Shown in pieces: positions 1 through 28,341 of a DNA stretch of 64,000 nt; the stretch's first letter is position 1; the number at the start of each line of letters is the position of its first letter. The notes beneath the pieces are model-generated. The model was not told the DNA's origin. It did not search any database and saw only the letters and a list, made by a program, of their open reading frames with translations. The translations under genes and the position numbers were made by a program. This stretch comes from Heteronotia binoei (taxonomy: Eukaryota): the NCBI RefSeq assembly GCF_032191835.1, contig NC_083233.1:24490001-24554000 (forward strand), written 5' to 3'.

Positions 1-290
1 GAGAGGCTGTGTTTTGAGGTAGAGGCACCAAATTTTCAGCATCACATCTGGTGCGTCTCCTCAAAACACCCCCCAAGTTTCAAAAAGATTGGGCCGGGGG
101 TCCAATTCTATGAGTCCCATAAGAAGGTGCCCCTTCCTTCATGGTTCCAAATGGAGAGAAAGCGTGCGGTCCCTTTAAATGTGATGGCCAGAACTCTCTT
201 TGGAGTTCAATCGTGCTTATCACACCCTTGCTGCTGGCTCCACCCCCAAAGTCCCCATATTTCTTGAGTTGGACTTGGGAACCCTACAGC
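1..290 (+). mobile_element. 3' part of hAT-type MITE (AGGGTTGCCA family)
   Basis: Homologous to the distal halves of 27889-28341 and 29975-30612; ends in a ggaaccct TIR remnant. Confidence 0.7.
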
Positions 291-373
291 CTTTTGATTT
301 GGATGTCTTAGACTCCTCTCCCCAGTCTCTTTCATAGGGATTTCTCCTTGACATGCATCATGTCCTGTTGCAG

Positions 374-11427
<11,054 letters not shown>

Positions 11428-12163
11428 ACAGCCTCTAGTGTCCACATGAGAGTGTGTTACTCTTCATTTGGGCCTGTCTGTTGAATTCCTGTACAGACAC
11501 TGGATGGATACACTGTGGGAATACATCATGTCCCCCTCCACCACAGCAGAACCTAACCCGAGCCATCAAACCATACAGATGTCATTTTCTGCCTTTGTGT
11601 AAGAATTGGGTTGTTTCTGAAGTCACCAGATGCTAGAGGACAGGACAGTTACAACAGCAGATGTTGGTTAGGAACCCACCTTGGCGGAAGCAAATTCCTT
11701 TCAGTCCAATGTTCAAATGCGTGGATCTCTCCCTATAATCTGATGGATGGAAATATCTTCTCAAGGATGCAAACTTTCTGTAATCTGCTGTACAATGTGG
11801 GAATAACAATGAAAAGAAAGTAGAAAAGAGCAAGAATCCAGTAACACCTTCAAGACTAACAAAATTTGCAGCAGGATATGAGTTTTCATGAGTCACTGCT
11901 CACAGAGAAAGGAAAGATGGCTCATAAAAAGGAACAATACCCAACTAGCTTAATTATCTTTTCTAGGCCGCTTCTGCAAGAATCCAAGGCAGCGTCCTGA
12001 CTGACAACATAGCTATGTTTCATCGGATTTATGTACCTGTTCTTATTTTTCACACAGTTGCCATTCGCTTGTACTTTATCTTGCCCAAACTGCAAGTTTC
12101 TGTTTTTAATTTGTAAATATATATAATTAGTTACTGTAACATTCATATTTCTCCTGATCTCTG

Positions 12164-12169
12164 AATAAA
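12164..12169 (+). terminator. Candidate BTK polyadenylation signal AATAAA
   Basis: AATAAA about 740 nt after the BTK stop; usage not verifiable from sequence. Confidence 0.35.
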
Positions 12170-12195
12170 TTAGATTCAGTAACCTGGGAGGTGGG

Positions 12196-12385
12196 CAATG
12201 CTCTAAGCTGAGGAGTCTTGTGAGCAAAAATTCTGCTTCATGAGGTACTGGCATTAAAGTTGTGAGCTACTGCATAAATTAGTTTGCTCTGGGGCCATTT
12301 TTCCTGAGCTAAGACAAAAATGTGTGAGCCAGAGGCTAAAAATCTGTGAGCTAGCTCACACTAACTCAGTTTAGAGGGAACAGTG
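12196..12385 (+). mobile_element. hAT-type MITE (CAGTGTTCCCTCTAA family)
   Basis: Homologous to 30060-30239 and, reversed, to about 1016-1170; ends ttagagggaacagtg. Confidence 0.75.
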
Positions 12386-13527
12386 GAGAGGGGGGAGTGT
12401 CAGAAATGGGAAACCACTGGTGGGATTATGAATCTAGGCTGCTGGTTAATAAACTGGATGTGTTTTAGTTTGCGATTTAAAAAATTACTACAAGAAATAT
12501 AGGACAGGAGGTAAGACGAGGAAGAAGAAGGGCACACAGCTTTGGTCAGACCTTAAATAGCAAAGTTTGCATCTCTTTTAGAATGGTACGAGTTTTTCTG
12601 TGAAAGAATGCAGAAGTGAAGCAATGAACAGGAAGGAAGAGTGGTGTGTCATGGAGGACGTGTTGTGAACTCGGCACTCAGCAGCAGATGCTATGAGCGA
12701 CAAGGCATGCATGCCTTAGGAGAACAGATGCTTGTTGAAAAACATCAAATGCCTGCTGGACATTAGCCATGGTTGAATTCTTTGCTGCAGGTGTGGGCTA
12801 GGCAGGTTTCTTCTCTCTCTCTTTTTAAAGCCCTCGAAATTCACTTGCCCTGCAAATGCTTCCCAAACTAAGGGCTGGCATGGGAGAAACTGTGTGTATG
12901 TAAAGCGCTGTCAGGTTGCTTCTGATTTATCACAATACAAAAATATCCAGCCAGGAATGCCGTCAGTTCAATAATTACAAAATCATCTGTACCCAAATCA
13001 CAACATATTAAACAGCATACTAAGTATACTTATAACAGTATAGTTAGTATACTAATGTTGGGAGCTGGTGGTTTACAACAACCCTGCAACATTGTCCACT
13101 GCTAATATCCCCTCGCAGCAGACTGGCAGAATTGCTAATCTCCAGGTGACACCTGGTGATCTCCCACTATTACTATTGATATCCAGACAGCCAAGATCAG
13201 TTGCCTGGGAGAAAAATGGCTGCTTTGAAGAGTGAACTGTATGGCACTGTACCCTGCTGAGGTTCCCGCATCCCAGCCCCACCCTCTCCAGGTATTTCTT
13301 AAGCCAGAGCTGGCAGCTCCACAGGCTGGAATGTCTGCAAGTGACATTGAGGAATGTAGTTTATGACGACAGCCTAATAATGCAGTCCAACGTTATTGTC
13401 CCCCACGATGCAAGGAGGGGGACTGAACTGCTGGAAAACGATTTAAGACAGCTCTTCTCCAACCCTCACAGTCACATCCCGCCAGCAGAGTTCTGTCCCC
13501 TCGCCCCAAGGGGCATAGGATATAAGC

Positions 13528-13794
13528 CAGGGGTGGCTAAACTTGCTTAAGGTAAGAGTGCCATAGAATAAACGTCAGATGTTTGATAGCTGGACGGAAG
13601 GAAGGCAAATAGATGGGGGAGGTTGGAAAGAAAAGAAAGCAACTTTAAATGCATTCTCCAAGCTGGCAGGTGGCTTGGCTTGGAGAAGTGATTTAAAGAG
13701 AATCTGGCTAACAAAGGCAGTGGGGCTTCGAGAGCAACAAAATATGTGTGACAGGGCCACATGTGGCTCCCGAGCTACAGTTTGGCCACTCCTG
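13528..13794 (-). mobile_element. hAT-type MITE (CAGGGGTGGCCAAAC family)
   Basis: TIRs present; flanks ATATAAGC / ATTTAAGT; immediately upstream of the TIMM8A promoter. Confidence 0.8.
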
Positions 13795-13859
13795 ATTTAA
13801 GTGCATCTACTATTCCCCAACTCTATGGTACGCTTGAGGAAAAAGAACTTTGAGTTCTG

Positions 13860-14260
13860 GTCATGCGTAGTGCCCCCGGAAATGAAGGCTCGGAGCATGC
13901 GCAGTGGGCCGGCTCGGCGAGGCACGTGAAGGTCGCTTTGCTGCCCGCTCCGGTGCTTCTCGGGCGGGCTCGGCATGGACTCTTCGTCCGGCGCGGGGGA
14001 CCTGGGAGCAACCGTCAACGACCCGCAGCTGCAGCACTTCATCGAGGTGGAGACGCAGAAGCAGCGCTTCCAGCAGCTCGTGCACCAGATGACGGAGCTC
14101 TGCTGGGTAGGGCGGGAAGGGGGGCAGCAAGAGTTACCTGGTGCCTTTAAATAAGTGGGCAGTAATCCGACGCGTGCGACTCTCCCTTTTCGGACGAACT
14201 GGGCGTGTTTCGTGCTTATGGTTTGCAGGCGGAGGGTTCCTTCCGAGTTCAGCTTCCCGC
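13860..14260 (+). promoter_or_regulatory. CpG-rich promoter and first exon of TIMM8A
   Basis: Locally CpG-dense. ETS/GABP-like CCGGAAAT 13876-13883, NRF1-like GCATGCGCA 13895-13903 and E-box CACGTG 13923-13928 lie upstream of the ATG at 13975. Confidence 0.7.
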
Positions 14261-16950
14261 CAGTTTAAAGACCTTTGGTGGGAAAGATTGTTGGAAGACT
14301 TTATCTGACTTACTTTAGGCAGCTTTAGGTATTCATTGAAGGTCATAGAGGGTTTGGATTCATGTTTTCAGGTAGCAAAATAGTCACACAGTAGAGGTGA
14401 CCAGCGGTCGTTTTGTAGAAAACTAGGTGGCGGAGCTCATTAGCATAAGCCCCCCCCCCGCCAAAAGCAGCCTGATGCAAGAAAGGAGAGCTCAAGCAGG
14501 CCAAGCTCCCCTGGACTCTCCTGCCCCCGCCCCAAAGGCCAGCAAGCCACCCATTGCCCAAAATCACAGAAGAAGTAGAGAAAGGGTGGCGTGGGCTTCT
14601 CCAGGGGTTAATGAGGGCTACTGGGGGTGTGGCAAAGCCCTTGGTAGCTGGCTGTCCGCTCTCCTAATCGAGGGATTATTATGCAGTTGCACCTACTATT
14701 CAGTGGACAAGGTAGGTATGTGGGGAAGAGGAGGGGGAACCCTCAGAAAGGTTCAGAAGCTGTGCTCCTGTGAGCTCCTGCTAAATTTGAGGCCTGGAGG
14801 TGACTTTAAAAGGAGGGGATTCAATAAATTCATGAAGGGATAGAGGTGGGTAGCCGTGTTGGTCTGGTGAAGTGTGCTTGCATGTGAAAGCGCACTCCTT
14901 GCATCAAACTTTGTTAGTCTTAAATGTGATACTGGACTCTTTTAACTTTTTTCATAAAGGGACATTAGCCATGATGGATTAAATGGGCCCTCCATGTTCA
15001 GGGGCAGTATATCTCTGAAAGGCAGTTACTGGGGGGGGGGGCGGTTATCAACAGAGGTCAATTTTGATCCCTGTTTGTGGGCCTTCCAGGACAGCCACTA
15101 TAGGAATCAAAATTCCAGATTACATGGACTCTTGGTCTAATCCAGCAAGAAGCTTGTTATGTTCATGCTGTGGCAATGGGCAAGTGACGTTGTTGTACCT
15201 GTTAAGTTTTAGCTGTTGTGGTTGCTTGGTTAGATTTATACTTGGTTATATTTATACTACCTACTGAAATAAGCTAGCAGTTTTCCATTGCACAAAACTG
15301 TTAAAACTATTGAATTAAAAATTTATCATAAATAGAAGGCTCTGTGCACAGTACATACCAGTTCTGGTGGATCAGACTAAAGGTGCATATAGCCTATCTT
15401 GTTTCCTATTATGGCCAGCCAGATGCCTCGATTAATGCATGAACTGCGTAAGGTCCGCTTAACTTGGCAACTCCATTTAGCAGTTATGGTTAATAGTAAT
15501 AGATCTGCCCTCCTTGAATTGATCTAACTCCACATTAAGGTCAACAAAGCCACGGGTGGTCATCACATATGGCAGCTGCAAACTCTATAAACTGATGGAA
15601 ACTCAGACAAGTGGATTCAACTGTTGCTTCGGCCACTATCAGTTAAAGGTCTTTCAGTGGCATTGGTGGAAAACATGACATGAAGATGCCTTCTTCAATG
15701 AACTAGCCTTGTGTGGTTTGTTATTTTTTTTTTAAGAAACTCACATCCTCCAACGTGCATTTTGTGGGGTGCTAGGCTTACTTCCTGAAAGGTTTGAGGT
15801 GGAGCACATAGAGAGCAGATACAATCAGGGCTTTTTTTGTAGCAGGAACTCCTTTGCATATTAGGGTGCATCCGCCTGATGTAGCCAATCCCCCAAGAGC
15901 TTATAGGGCTCTTAGTACAAGGCCTACTGTAAGCTTCAGGAGGATTGGCTACATCGGGGGTGTGTGGCCTCATATACAAAGGAGCTCCTACAAAAAAAAG
16001 CCCTGGATACAATCCTGCTGTGAAGTGAAATTCTTGGGGTGTGGGGGGGTCTATCTGGCCCACACTCGGAGTGACTGGGATGATTGGGCAGGAGTCTTTT
16101 ATTGTCTTTCTGTCTGAGATCTTTGTAGCTAGAAATGCCTTAGGGTGAACCTTGGACCTTCTGCATGCCAAGGAATCTGGGAACAGACTTGAGATAAGTT
16201 GTGAACCTGCAGTGGTAGAATATGTTGCTTTGTGTTTTATATAAAGGTAAAGGCAGTCCCCTGTGTAAGCACCAGTCATTGCCAACTCTGGGGTAATGTC
16301 GCATCACAACGTTTTCACGGCAGACTTTTTATGGGGTGGTCTGCCATTGCCTTCCCCAGTCATCTACACTTTACCCCCAGCAAGCTGGGTACCCATTTTA
16401 CTGTCCTCGGAAGGCTGGAAGGCTGAGTCAACCTTGAGCTGGCAACCTGAACCCAGCTTCCGCCAGGATCAAACTCAGGTCATGCGCAGAGCTTGGACTG
16501 CAGTACTGCAGCTTTCCGCTCTGCACCACAGGGCTGCTGTGTTTTATATAGCTCATGTTATTTCTCCTGATACAGTCATGAGCGCTGGTGGCACTAGGGA
16601 AGGGGATAGGGATGGAGAAAGAACCCGAGGGGTAGCATGTACATCTGGTTGTTTTGAACAGCAGGAAAGCTGGGTATGTCCCTGCTGTGTAGAAGGGCTA
16701 AATGCTTTGAGCAGGTTCTGCCATTCAGAATGCACTGCTGTTGCTTTTTGTGCACAGGCTGACTCTTTCCCTTCCATGTCTTGAACAGGAGAAATGCATG
16801 GACAAACCTGGGCCCAAGCTGGACAGCCGAGCAGAGACCTGCTTTGTGAACTGTGTGGAACGCTTCATAGACACAAGCCAGTTTATCCTCAACCGATTGG
16901 AGCAGACACAGAAATCTAAGCCGGCCTTCTCGGAGAACCTATCTGACTGA
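13975..16950 (+). CDS. TIMM8A: Mitochondrial import inner membrane translocase subunit Tim8 A (DDP1), 97 aa
   Basis: Exon 1 13975-14106 ([44 protein letters not shown], donor GTAGGG); exon 2 16789-16950 ([53 protein letters not shown]). Twin CX3C motifs CWEKC and CFVNC intact. Confidence 0.98.
14402..14796 (+). mobile_element. hAT-type MITE in the TIMM8A intron
   Basis: Exact 8-bp TSD GAGGTGAC (14394-14401, 14797-14804); related to 61195-61360. Confidence 0.8.
15826..16005. mobile_element. Palindromic hAT-type MITE
   Basis: TIRs cagggcttttttt / aaaaaaagccctg, internally self-complementary; exact TSD GATACAAT. Confidence 0.88.
16243..16535 (-). mobile_element. Sauria-type SINE
   Basis: Reverse complement ends in the BovB-like tail ...ggggactgcctttaccttt; homologous to 29011-29305 and 37301-37585. 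Confidence 0.85.
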
Positions 16951-18862
16951 GCCAGAGGCATTGGCGCCTCTGTTTCCTTAATTAGAGGAGAACATCCGAC
17001 CAAGATGGGAGAGGAGGAGCGAGAAGGGAGAGCAGAGGGAAAGGACCAACAGTGAAAAGAAGCTGTGCAGGAAGTTGGCCTCATTGTGACAAGTTCCAGG
17101 GCTTCCTACCAACATAGTAATTGGTCTGGTTTTCAGTACCCACCTTGTGAACAAAAATAGGCCAACAAGGCCATGCAACATCACACATTTGCTGCTCACC
17201 GTGGGCTTGTGCTGCCCTGGTTTTTTTAATAACAGAAGCTTCACACCACAGATGTGCGGCTTTGGCTGTCTTGCTTTCCCCAAAGGTTTGGCCAGGGAAG
17301 CACAATCTGTTCATACTTGAGAAAACCTCTTTCTTGAAATTAGGAAGCTCGGGTGGCTTTCAGACACTTGATGTGAATCTTGGGAAAGGCAGGTTGGAAA
17401 TGTGCCTTTTACAAACGGAACTGCGCTTTAGCACTACTCTTTTAAGCCAGGCAGCAAACTCACCTGTGACTCAGTGGACCGTTGTGTGCACCACTTTGTG
17501 TTTAACTGGGCCCTGCAGTTAAAACAAAGGGAAGGTGGGCATAGCTTGCACCCGTATGCCAGTAGAACCCTGTGATCCTTCATGAGATTCTTAACATTCT
17601 CTTTAGAATGGCTAGGAATACCACCTTCCCCCCAATATGGCTGTTGGGGCAGGGGGCACTGTCACTTGTTTGGTCATGTAACGTCACTTGAGAAATACAA
17701 GAGTTAATACTAACTTTTCCCATTCGCTGCTTTCTCCTGATCAGTGGAATAAACATCAATTGGATCCATTGAAAACTGCCTGCAGAGTTGGTGGCATTCC
17801 TTGCTTCAACTAGATTTGCTGGAATTCAGGTGTAGGAGGAACGCTTGGTGGTAAATCATGATGATATGAAAAATGGTATCCTGTATGAAAAATCTGGCAA
17901 GTGGTATTGGGCAACCCAGCTCAGTTTCCCTGAGCAGTAGTTCACAAACCTGTTAGCGCACAAAATGTGTATCAGCCTTAGTCCTGTAAATGTTTTCCAG
18001 TTATTTTACAACCAGTGTTTTTACTAGCTTGCCCCTCCCCCCCCCCCCCCCCGAGACAACTTTGGCAAAGATCAGCTGGTTGGGATCTTCACCATAAGCA
18101 ACTTAGTGAATTGTTACTTTGAGGCTGGAAAGCTTTAAAATGACTATTCCTCAGAAGAAGAATTAGCTGGTACATAGGAATAAGTACAGCTTGTAAATTG
18201 TTCAATGCGAATGATCCCACCAGTTATCATCACTGAACTAGTTATAATAGTTGTGTTAACCTTTTGCGGCATAAACAAGTCTTTATGGCAACAAATACTG
18301 ACAAATGCATTGCGGAGTTAAGCTTTTGCAGTTTGAAGCCCACTGTCAGGTACCTAAACAAGTAGGCATGTATATTTTTGAGTACTATGGAGGGAGGGGG
18401 GAAATGAGCCATTTTATTCATTTGGGTTAGGTTCAACATATTAGTTGATCTTCACAATGCCACAAGATTCTCCGGTTTTATTTCCATATAGTATCTTGGT
18501 TTTTCCACTGCATCTAGCAGCTTCTACTCTGCTGTAAGAAAGCAGGGCTAAAAATAATTGCTTTCTAAGGGTTGATTTACTGGTATGTGTTCTTTATTTT
18601 CTAGAGTTTTTCAAATTTTATTTGAAGCATGCCTCAGAATTAATCAGGAGGCTTCTATTATTTTTGGATAATCTGATTTCTTGCCACCTGTGCAAAAAAA
18701 AAACTACACAAGAATGAAAAAAGCATACTGATGCTATACTAATCTTGTTGCTTAGTTCTCTGAAAATCTGTAGCTGGGAAGCAAAGGATTACACGCGTGG
18801 GTTTCTTTTTCTCATCTAAATTGTTGCTTAAACTGGTGAAATCCAGCAGTAGGTGAAATAGA

Positions 18863-19061
18863 AGAACAAAGTAGGAGTCAAGTGCACCTTTAAGACCAAC
18901 AAAGTTTTATTCAGAACATAAGCTTTCGCGTGCTTCAAGCACGCTTCATTAGATGAGGAAAGCTTATGTTCTGAATAAAACTTTGTTGGTCTTAAAGGTG
19001 ACCTTGACTCCTACTTTGTTCTAGTGCTTCAGACCAACACGGCTGCCCACTTGGATCTATC
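18863..19061. mobile_element. PLE relic with inverted pseudo-LTR arms and 13-bp target-site duplication
   Basis: Arms 18863-18926 and 18959-19022 are reverse complements (62/64). Flanked by TAGGTGAAATAGA at 18850-18862 and 19062-19074. Hammerhead-like core on the minus strand at 18916-18955. Confidence 0.75.
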
Positions 19062-19929
19062 TAGGTGAAATAGAGTTTAATTTGCATAGGCAATCGCATT
19101 TTTATTCTTTAGGTCAGAAAGATAACACTGCAAACAAGGCCCGTGTTTTATCAGCCCTCCACATGTTCCTAAATGTGTGTGTGTGCTGCAAAACCCGTAA
19201 TTAAAAAAAAACACTTATCTGTCTAGCCATGTGGGCATATCCTCTAAGGAAATCAAATCTTTAATTTCTACATTAGGTGTGGCGTTTCAGTCTTGCTTCA
19301 AGGCCTTGGGCACTGTCCAGAGAAGAGAACAAACATAAGGGGGCATCCTCTCACCTGCTTTGCGTATTCAGTTGATGAGGATATTCAGCAACAGGAAATG
19401 CAGAATAACTGAAGTGCTCTTGGTTGCAGAGGGGAAAACAGCGAATTTAAGACTGTTCCTTGCATGTTGCTCTTTCTTGCGCTTGGAGTGTTTTTTAAAT
19501 ATTAACCTTTGGATTAGCATTTAGACAGTTTCCTTTTTTGACAGTAACCCTGGAATAGGAGTTGCTTTTTATTATTTTGTGGGTGGGACAAACGAGGCTG
19601 AGAGCAAGCCCCACAGCTGGATCCATGACTCAATAGGGACAGCCAGGAAATGAGCAGTATTCTTCCAAAGCAGCAGTGCAAGAAAGACAAATCATTTGAT
19701 AGCAACATCCTGATCTTATGCATGTTGACTTGAAAATAGTTCTCACTGAGTTGACTGAGCTTTACTCCAAAATAGGGCTACATTTAACCCTGTAGCCAGG
19801 ACATTTTCCAGCGGGGGGTGGGGGGGGTGGGCTTCAAATGGAGGGGGCATCATGCCATGTGAGTCAGTCAGCTATAGTGAACAAGGGAAGAAGACTCTTT
19901 CTACCTTGCATAGGAGCAATGGGAGGAGT

Positions 19930-20129
19930 TAGTTTTTATATCCTGTGTTTGTCTACCCCAAGGAGTCTCAAAGCATCTTACAATCACTTCCCTTCCTCTC
20001 CCCACAAGTCACTTGAGAGAACTTGTGACTGGCCCAAGGTCACCCAGCAAGCTCCATGTGGAGGAGTGGGGAATCAAACCTGGTTCTCCCAGATAAGAGT
20101 CTACGCTCTTAATCACTACACCACACTGG
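19930..20129 (-). mobile_element. tRNA-derived SINE (related subfamily)
   Basis: gggaatcaaacctggttctccc...ccactacaccacactgg head in reverse. Confidence 0.7.
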
Positions 20130-22375
20130 AAAAGGAAGAGAGGAGTGATTTCACCTCCTCCACTGCAGCCACCTGACCTGCATGGCTGTAAAATTCATGC
20201 AGATCCTTCAACTTCCCTAGGGCTGGGAATTGCTTGGGAGAGGGGAAAGATGATTTGTGGTCTTTCTGCATTTTGAGAATCCATTGTAAGAATTCTGTAC
20301 CACTCAATATCCTGCAAGGACAATGTGGTGGGCCCAAAAAGAAATCTTGGGCATTCCTTGAATTCTAAAGGGCAGCTTTGGAATACTTGCTAGGATAACA
20401 GGGAGATAGCAGAAGGGAGCCACAGGTATTATGCAGGTACTGAAGATGGAAAAGGAGCAAGTCCAGTCTCCTCGGATCTCAGAAGCTAAGCAGGGCTGAC
20501 CCTGGCAAGTACATGGATGAGGAATCTCCTTGGAATACCAGGGCCGGGACACAAAGCCACCCCTCTGAAAAACGTCCTAGCCTCACTAGGGGTTGCCAAA
20601 AGTGCCCATGACTTCCAGGCATACAAGTATATACACACACACAATTTTTAAAAGAGGTTATAGAAAATAAAGGAGGCAGCTCTTAAAAGTGCTGTTGAAG
20701 CGGTGATTGATTTCAAGAGAATCTCCCTCTGCTCTGAATGTGTCTTTGTTCCTATCATTGCACATTTATAGTGGTGTCAGGCAACATGTGGCCATCTAGG
20801 CTAGTTTTTGATATGAGGCCCCTGCATCCTCTGCCCTTTAATGTCCCCCACCCTCCAAGCATGGTGGGTCACTAGAAAGTCATACTAGGAAGGCAAGCAG
20901 CTGCAAGTGACTGGCCAAATTTCACACTGTTCTACAGACACGACGACTTTGGGGGAGGTATAGAAGAGACCAGGATTCAAAGAAGTCTCATTTTTCCACT
21001 GGGAGAAACTCCAGAGGCAAAAAGCCACAGTATGTGGAGACAGGCGATACCACAGGACAGGTCTCAGGCCTGAAGCAACAAATGATTCCTAAGCAGTGAG
21101 CCAAACTGGTACTTTACAGGCAGCAAAAGACACGAGTGACTTTGAACTAAAATGCTACATAGTCTGATTTGATTTTTTTTTTTAAAAAAGCCATATATAT
21201 TACGTTTGCAACGTGTGTTACAACTGTAGGTGCTGCACAAAAAAAGCAACACATTCATTTTAAATCTTTTGTAAACTGTTAACACTTCAAATGTTAAACG
21301 TTAATGCTTAAGGCCACCCACAATGCATTGTCTTTACATTCAGAAAGTGGTAAGACACTATTATTGGCAAGATTAGACACGTGTACCCAGAGCAACAGCT
21401 GGGCTCTCATAAGACAGTCTTGCTCGTGGGCTTAAAACATGCTTATATGAATGAAAGTCACACTGATTTTGACGAAGCAGCCTTGTGTTGTTTTTCAAAA
21501 GCACATGTACGCAAAGGGTCGGGGATCATTCCTCTGTATGAGAGTTAAGGCCCTGGCTTAGCACCTAAGTTTATCAGTGGTCCAGTATCTGGTAGGGCCA
21601 TTCCCCTGCTGTTCCTCCTCTCCCTGTGTCTTCACCTCTTTTCCCTAAAACGACCCAGAGAAGAAATGCAGAGAATCCCTCCTCTCTGGCATTTTCCTTT
21701 CAATGCCCATGTGCAAGTTCCCCTTGGTCATGTGAGATTCATTCTGTCTGTCTTAAGATGCTGAAATGGCCAGGAATCAGAACCAAGAGTGAAAGGAAGA
21801 CGAACGCATTTTTTCGTTCACTCCTGCCTCTGACTAGGAACCCTCTCAAAGATTCTTTAGGTGTGCCCAAAGGCTTGGGGGCACCTTATAAGAGTGCTGG
21901 CCTTTCTTCCCCACCTTTGGAGGAGTACACAAGTCTTACAGTGTTTTCTGAACTATATGCTGCCCTAAAAGCTGTTTTCACCATGCAGGAGGGTGGACTG
22001 CAAGAATTCCTCAAAAACCCACTCGGGTACAGAGGAAAAGTTGTGTAGTTCTTTGGCTCCTGATCTGTCTGACTTTTTCCAATTTCCTCCAAGCTAATTA
22101 AGGAAGCCCAGAGGGAAGGGAGATAACTGACAATACTGATGAGACGGCGGATGAGATGAGATCTGTCAGCCCTAGTTTCCACTAACTATCTCTTATTTGG
22201 TTCAAGTGAGTTACCGGTTAAAGAGTTTGTAAATAAGGAAAGTCTTCTCAAGTACTTCAGGGTTACCACGAATGATTCAAGTGGTCTGCTCAAAAGCAGC
22301 AGCAGCAGCAGCGTTCAAGTTCTTTGGAAGAGCACCAAGGCTGGTTTGTCATCTGAACCAACAGTCCATTCGTTT

Positions 22376-26568
<4,193 letters not shown>

Positions 26569-27354
26569 CCCAGACACCTCAAGTTTCAACAGAGAGATAA
26601 GATTTAAAATGGTCGTTCTAAATTAGAGTAGCAAGAAGGCATGGTGCGATAACATTTGCAGGCTGGTCCCAAGCCTGTGTTAGCATTTATACAGTTGTGT
26701 CCTGCACATTTATATCAGGAAGTCAGTCCCACTCATCTGTCATGCAGGTGGGATTCCCAAGGCAGAAGGGACTATTCTATCAAGTGGTCCCATGGCAGAG
26801 GGCAAGAGATCCTTGTCTACTCCTCCTCAGAGATGGGGATATTTGTCCCATCCTCCATGTCCTGTGGTGTAATGTTTTTAGCATTACATCACAGGGACGA
26901 GATTCTTCAACTGGTCTCTCATTCATTCATAAATGAGTCATGGTTCCCCATCTACCCTTTTTCAGAGTCTGTTGAGACAGATTCCAATTTACACAAGAGA
27001 CCAGCCCACATTCCAGTGAATGTACTACATCATGCACACACCTAAGGAAGAGCCAACACTGCTCTTTCATGTTTAAACTCACTGCCCTGGATCACACAGT
27101 CCTTAAATCACACATTCAGCCCTACAAGTGTAGAATGTAACAAAGGAAATGCTCAACAGGCATACAAAGAAAAACCATGCATACATGGATCATATATACA
27201 TGCGTGTAATTTATGCAGAGTACCTTGACACAAAAGTTATTGTGACGGTTTAATTAATTCAGAGAGAAAGGATGGGTATGGCTTTCTGTCGCAATGCCTG
27301 GAATTCAGTTTCTGCATCCAATTCAAGGTGTCGGTGCTAACCTTCAAATCTCTG

Positions 27355-27600
27355 TCACCAAGAGAAGGGCCTTTTCAGTTGTAGCCCCTACCCTGTGGAA
27401 TGCACTCTGGGATGACACCTATGCCCTGCTAGTCTTGTTTAATTTCCACAGGGCATACAAGGCTGAATTATTTAGGCTGGCCTTTGGGCTGTTTTAACAG
27501 TGGTACAGCCACATTTTAATATTTTTAATGTTAATATGTTATATTTGTTATTTGTTTGATGCTGTTTTTACCTTACTGTTTTTAACGTTGTAAGACAACA
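27355..27600 (+). mobile_element. L2 LINE 3' fragment
   Basis: Peptide RRAFSVVAPTLWNALW...YKAELFRLAF parallels the L2 C-terminus at 53546-53968. Confidence 0.6.
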
Positions 27601-27888
27601 CAACACCCTTTGGGTGAGTAAAATCTAATCTAATCAATAAATACCAGGCTATGAGTCCCATGTAGATCGCTGGGACTTCTTTCCAGTAAATATAGTTAGA
27701 AGGAGATGAGTGACGCCTCCCAGGCTCTATAAACAACAAGGCTGATTGAGTCATCCTGAGAAATTTGTACCGTCTCCAACTGGAACCTGAAGATCTCCTG
27801 GGATTACAAACTGATTTCCGGACGACAGAGATCAGTTTCCCGGGAGAAAATGGGGGCCTCCACAGCATCGCAGGGCACCCTGCCCAGT

Positions 27889-28341
27889 AGGGTTGCCAAT
27901 CCCCAGGTGGGGGCAGGGGATTCCCTGGTTTGGAGGCCCTCCCCCCGCTTCAGGGTCATCAGAAAGGGGGGGGAGGTATTATTCCTTATGGAGACTCATT
28001 AAGAAATAATGGAGAATTGATTCATGGGTATTTGGGAGGGGCTGTTTTTTGAGGTAGAGGCACCAGATTTGCAGCATAGCATCCAGTGCCTCTCCCCAAA
28101 ATACCCTCCAAGTTTTAAAAGGATTGGACCAGGAGGTCCAATTCTGTGAGACCCCAAAGAAGGTGCCCCTATCCTTCATTATTTCCAGTGGAGGGAAGTC
28201 ATTTAAAAGGTGTGGGGGGTGGTCCCTTTAAATGGGATGGCCAGAACTCCCTTTGGAGTTCAGTTCCGCTTGACACAGCCTGGCGCCTGGCTCCAGCCTC
28301 AAAGCCCCCAGATATTTCTTGAATTGGACTTGGCAACCCTG
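27889..28341 (+). mobile_element. hAT (Blackjack/MER53-like TIR) MITE nested in another MITE
   Basis: TIRs agggttgcca / tggcaaccct; exact 8-bp direct repeat TGCCCAGT at 27881-27888 and 28342-28349; the host MITE continues on both sides (about 27770-28400). Confidence 0.85.

Noticed and set aside
13863-13929. Upstream ATGs extending TIMM8A
   Set aside because: The ATG at 13863 is out of frame; in-frame ATGs at 13882 and 13897 stop at TGA 13927-13929. They probably lie upstream of the TSS.
14864-14892. Additional hammerhead cores (also near 55315-55340 and 49455-49475)
   Set aside because: Core mutations (CTGGTGA, CGAAGA/AAAA) or no stem II; treated as decayed PLE copies or chance matches.
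16741-16788. Alternative upstream acceptor or longer TIMM8A exon 2
   Set aside because: The AG at 16756-16757 would add 31 nt and shift the frame; the 16789 acceptor gives the canonical 97 aa.
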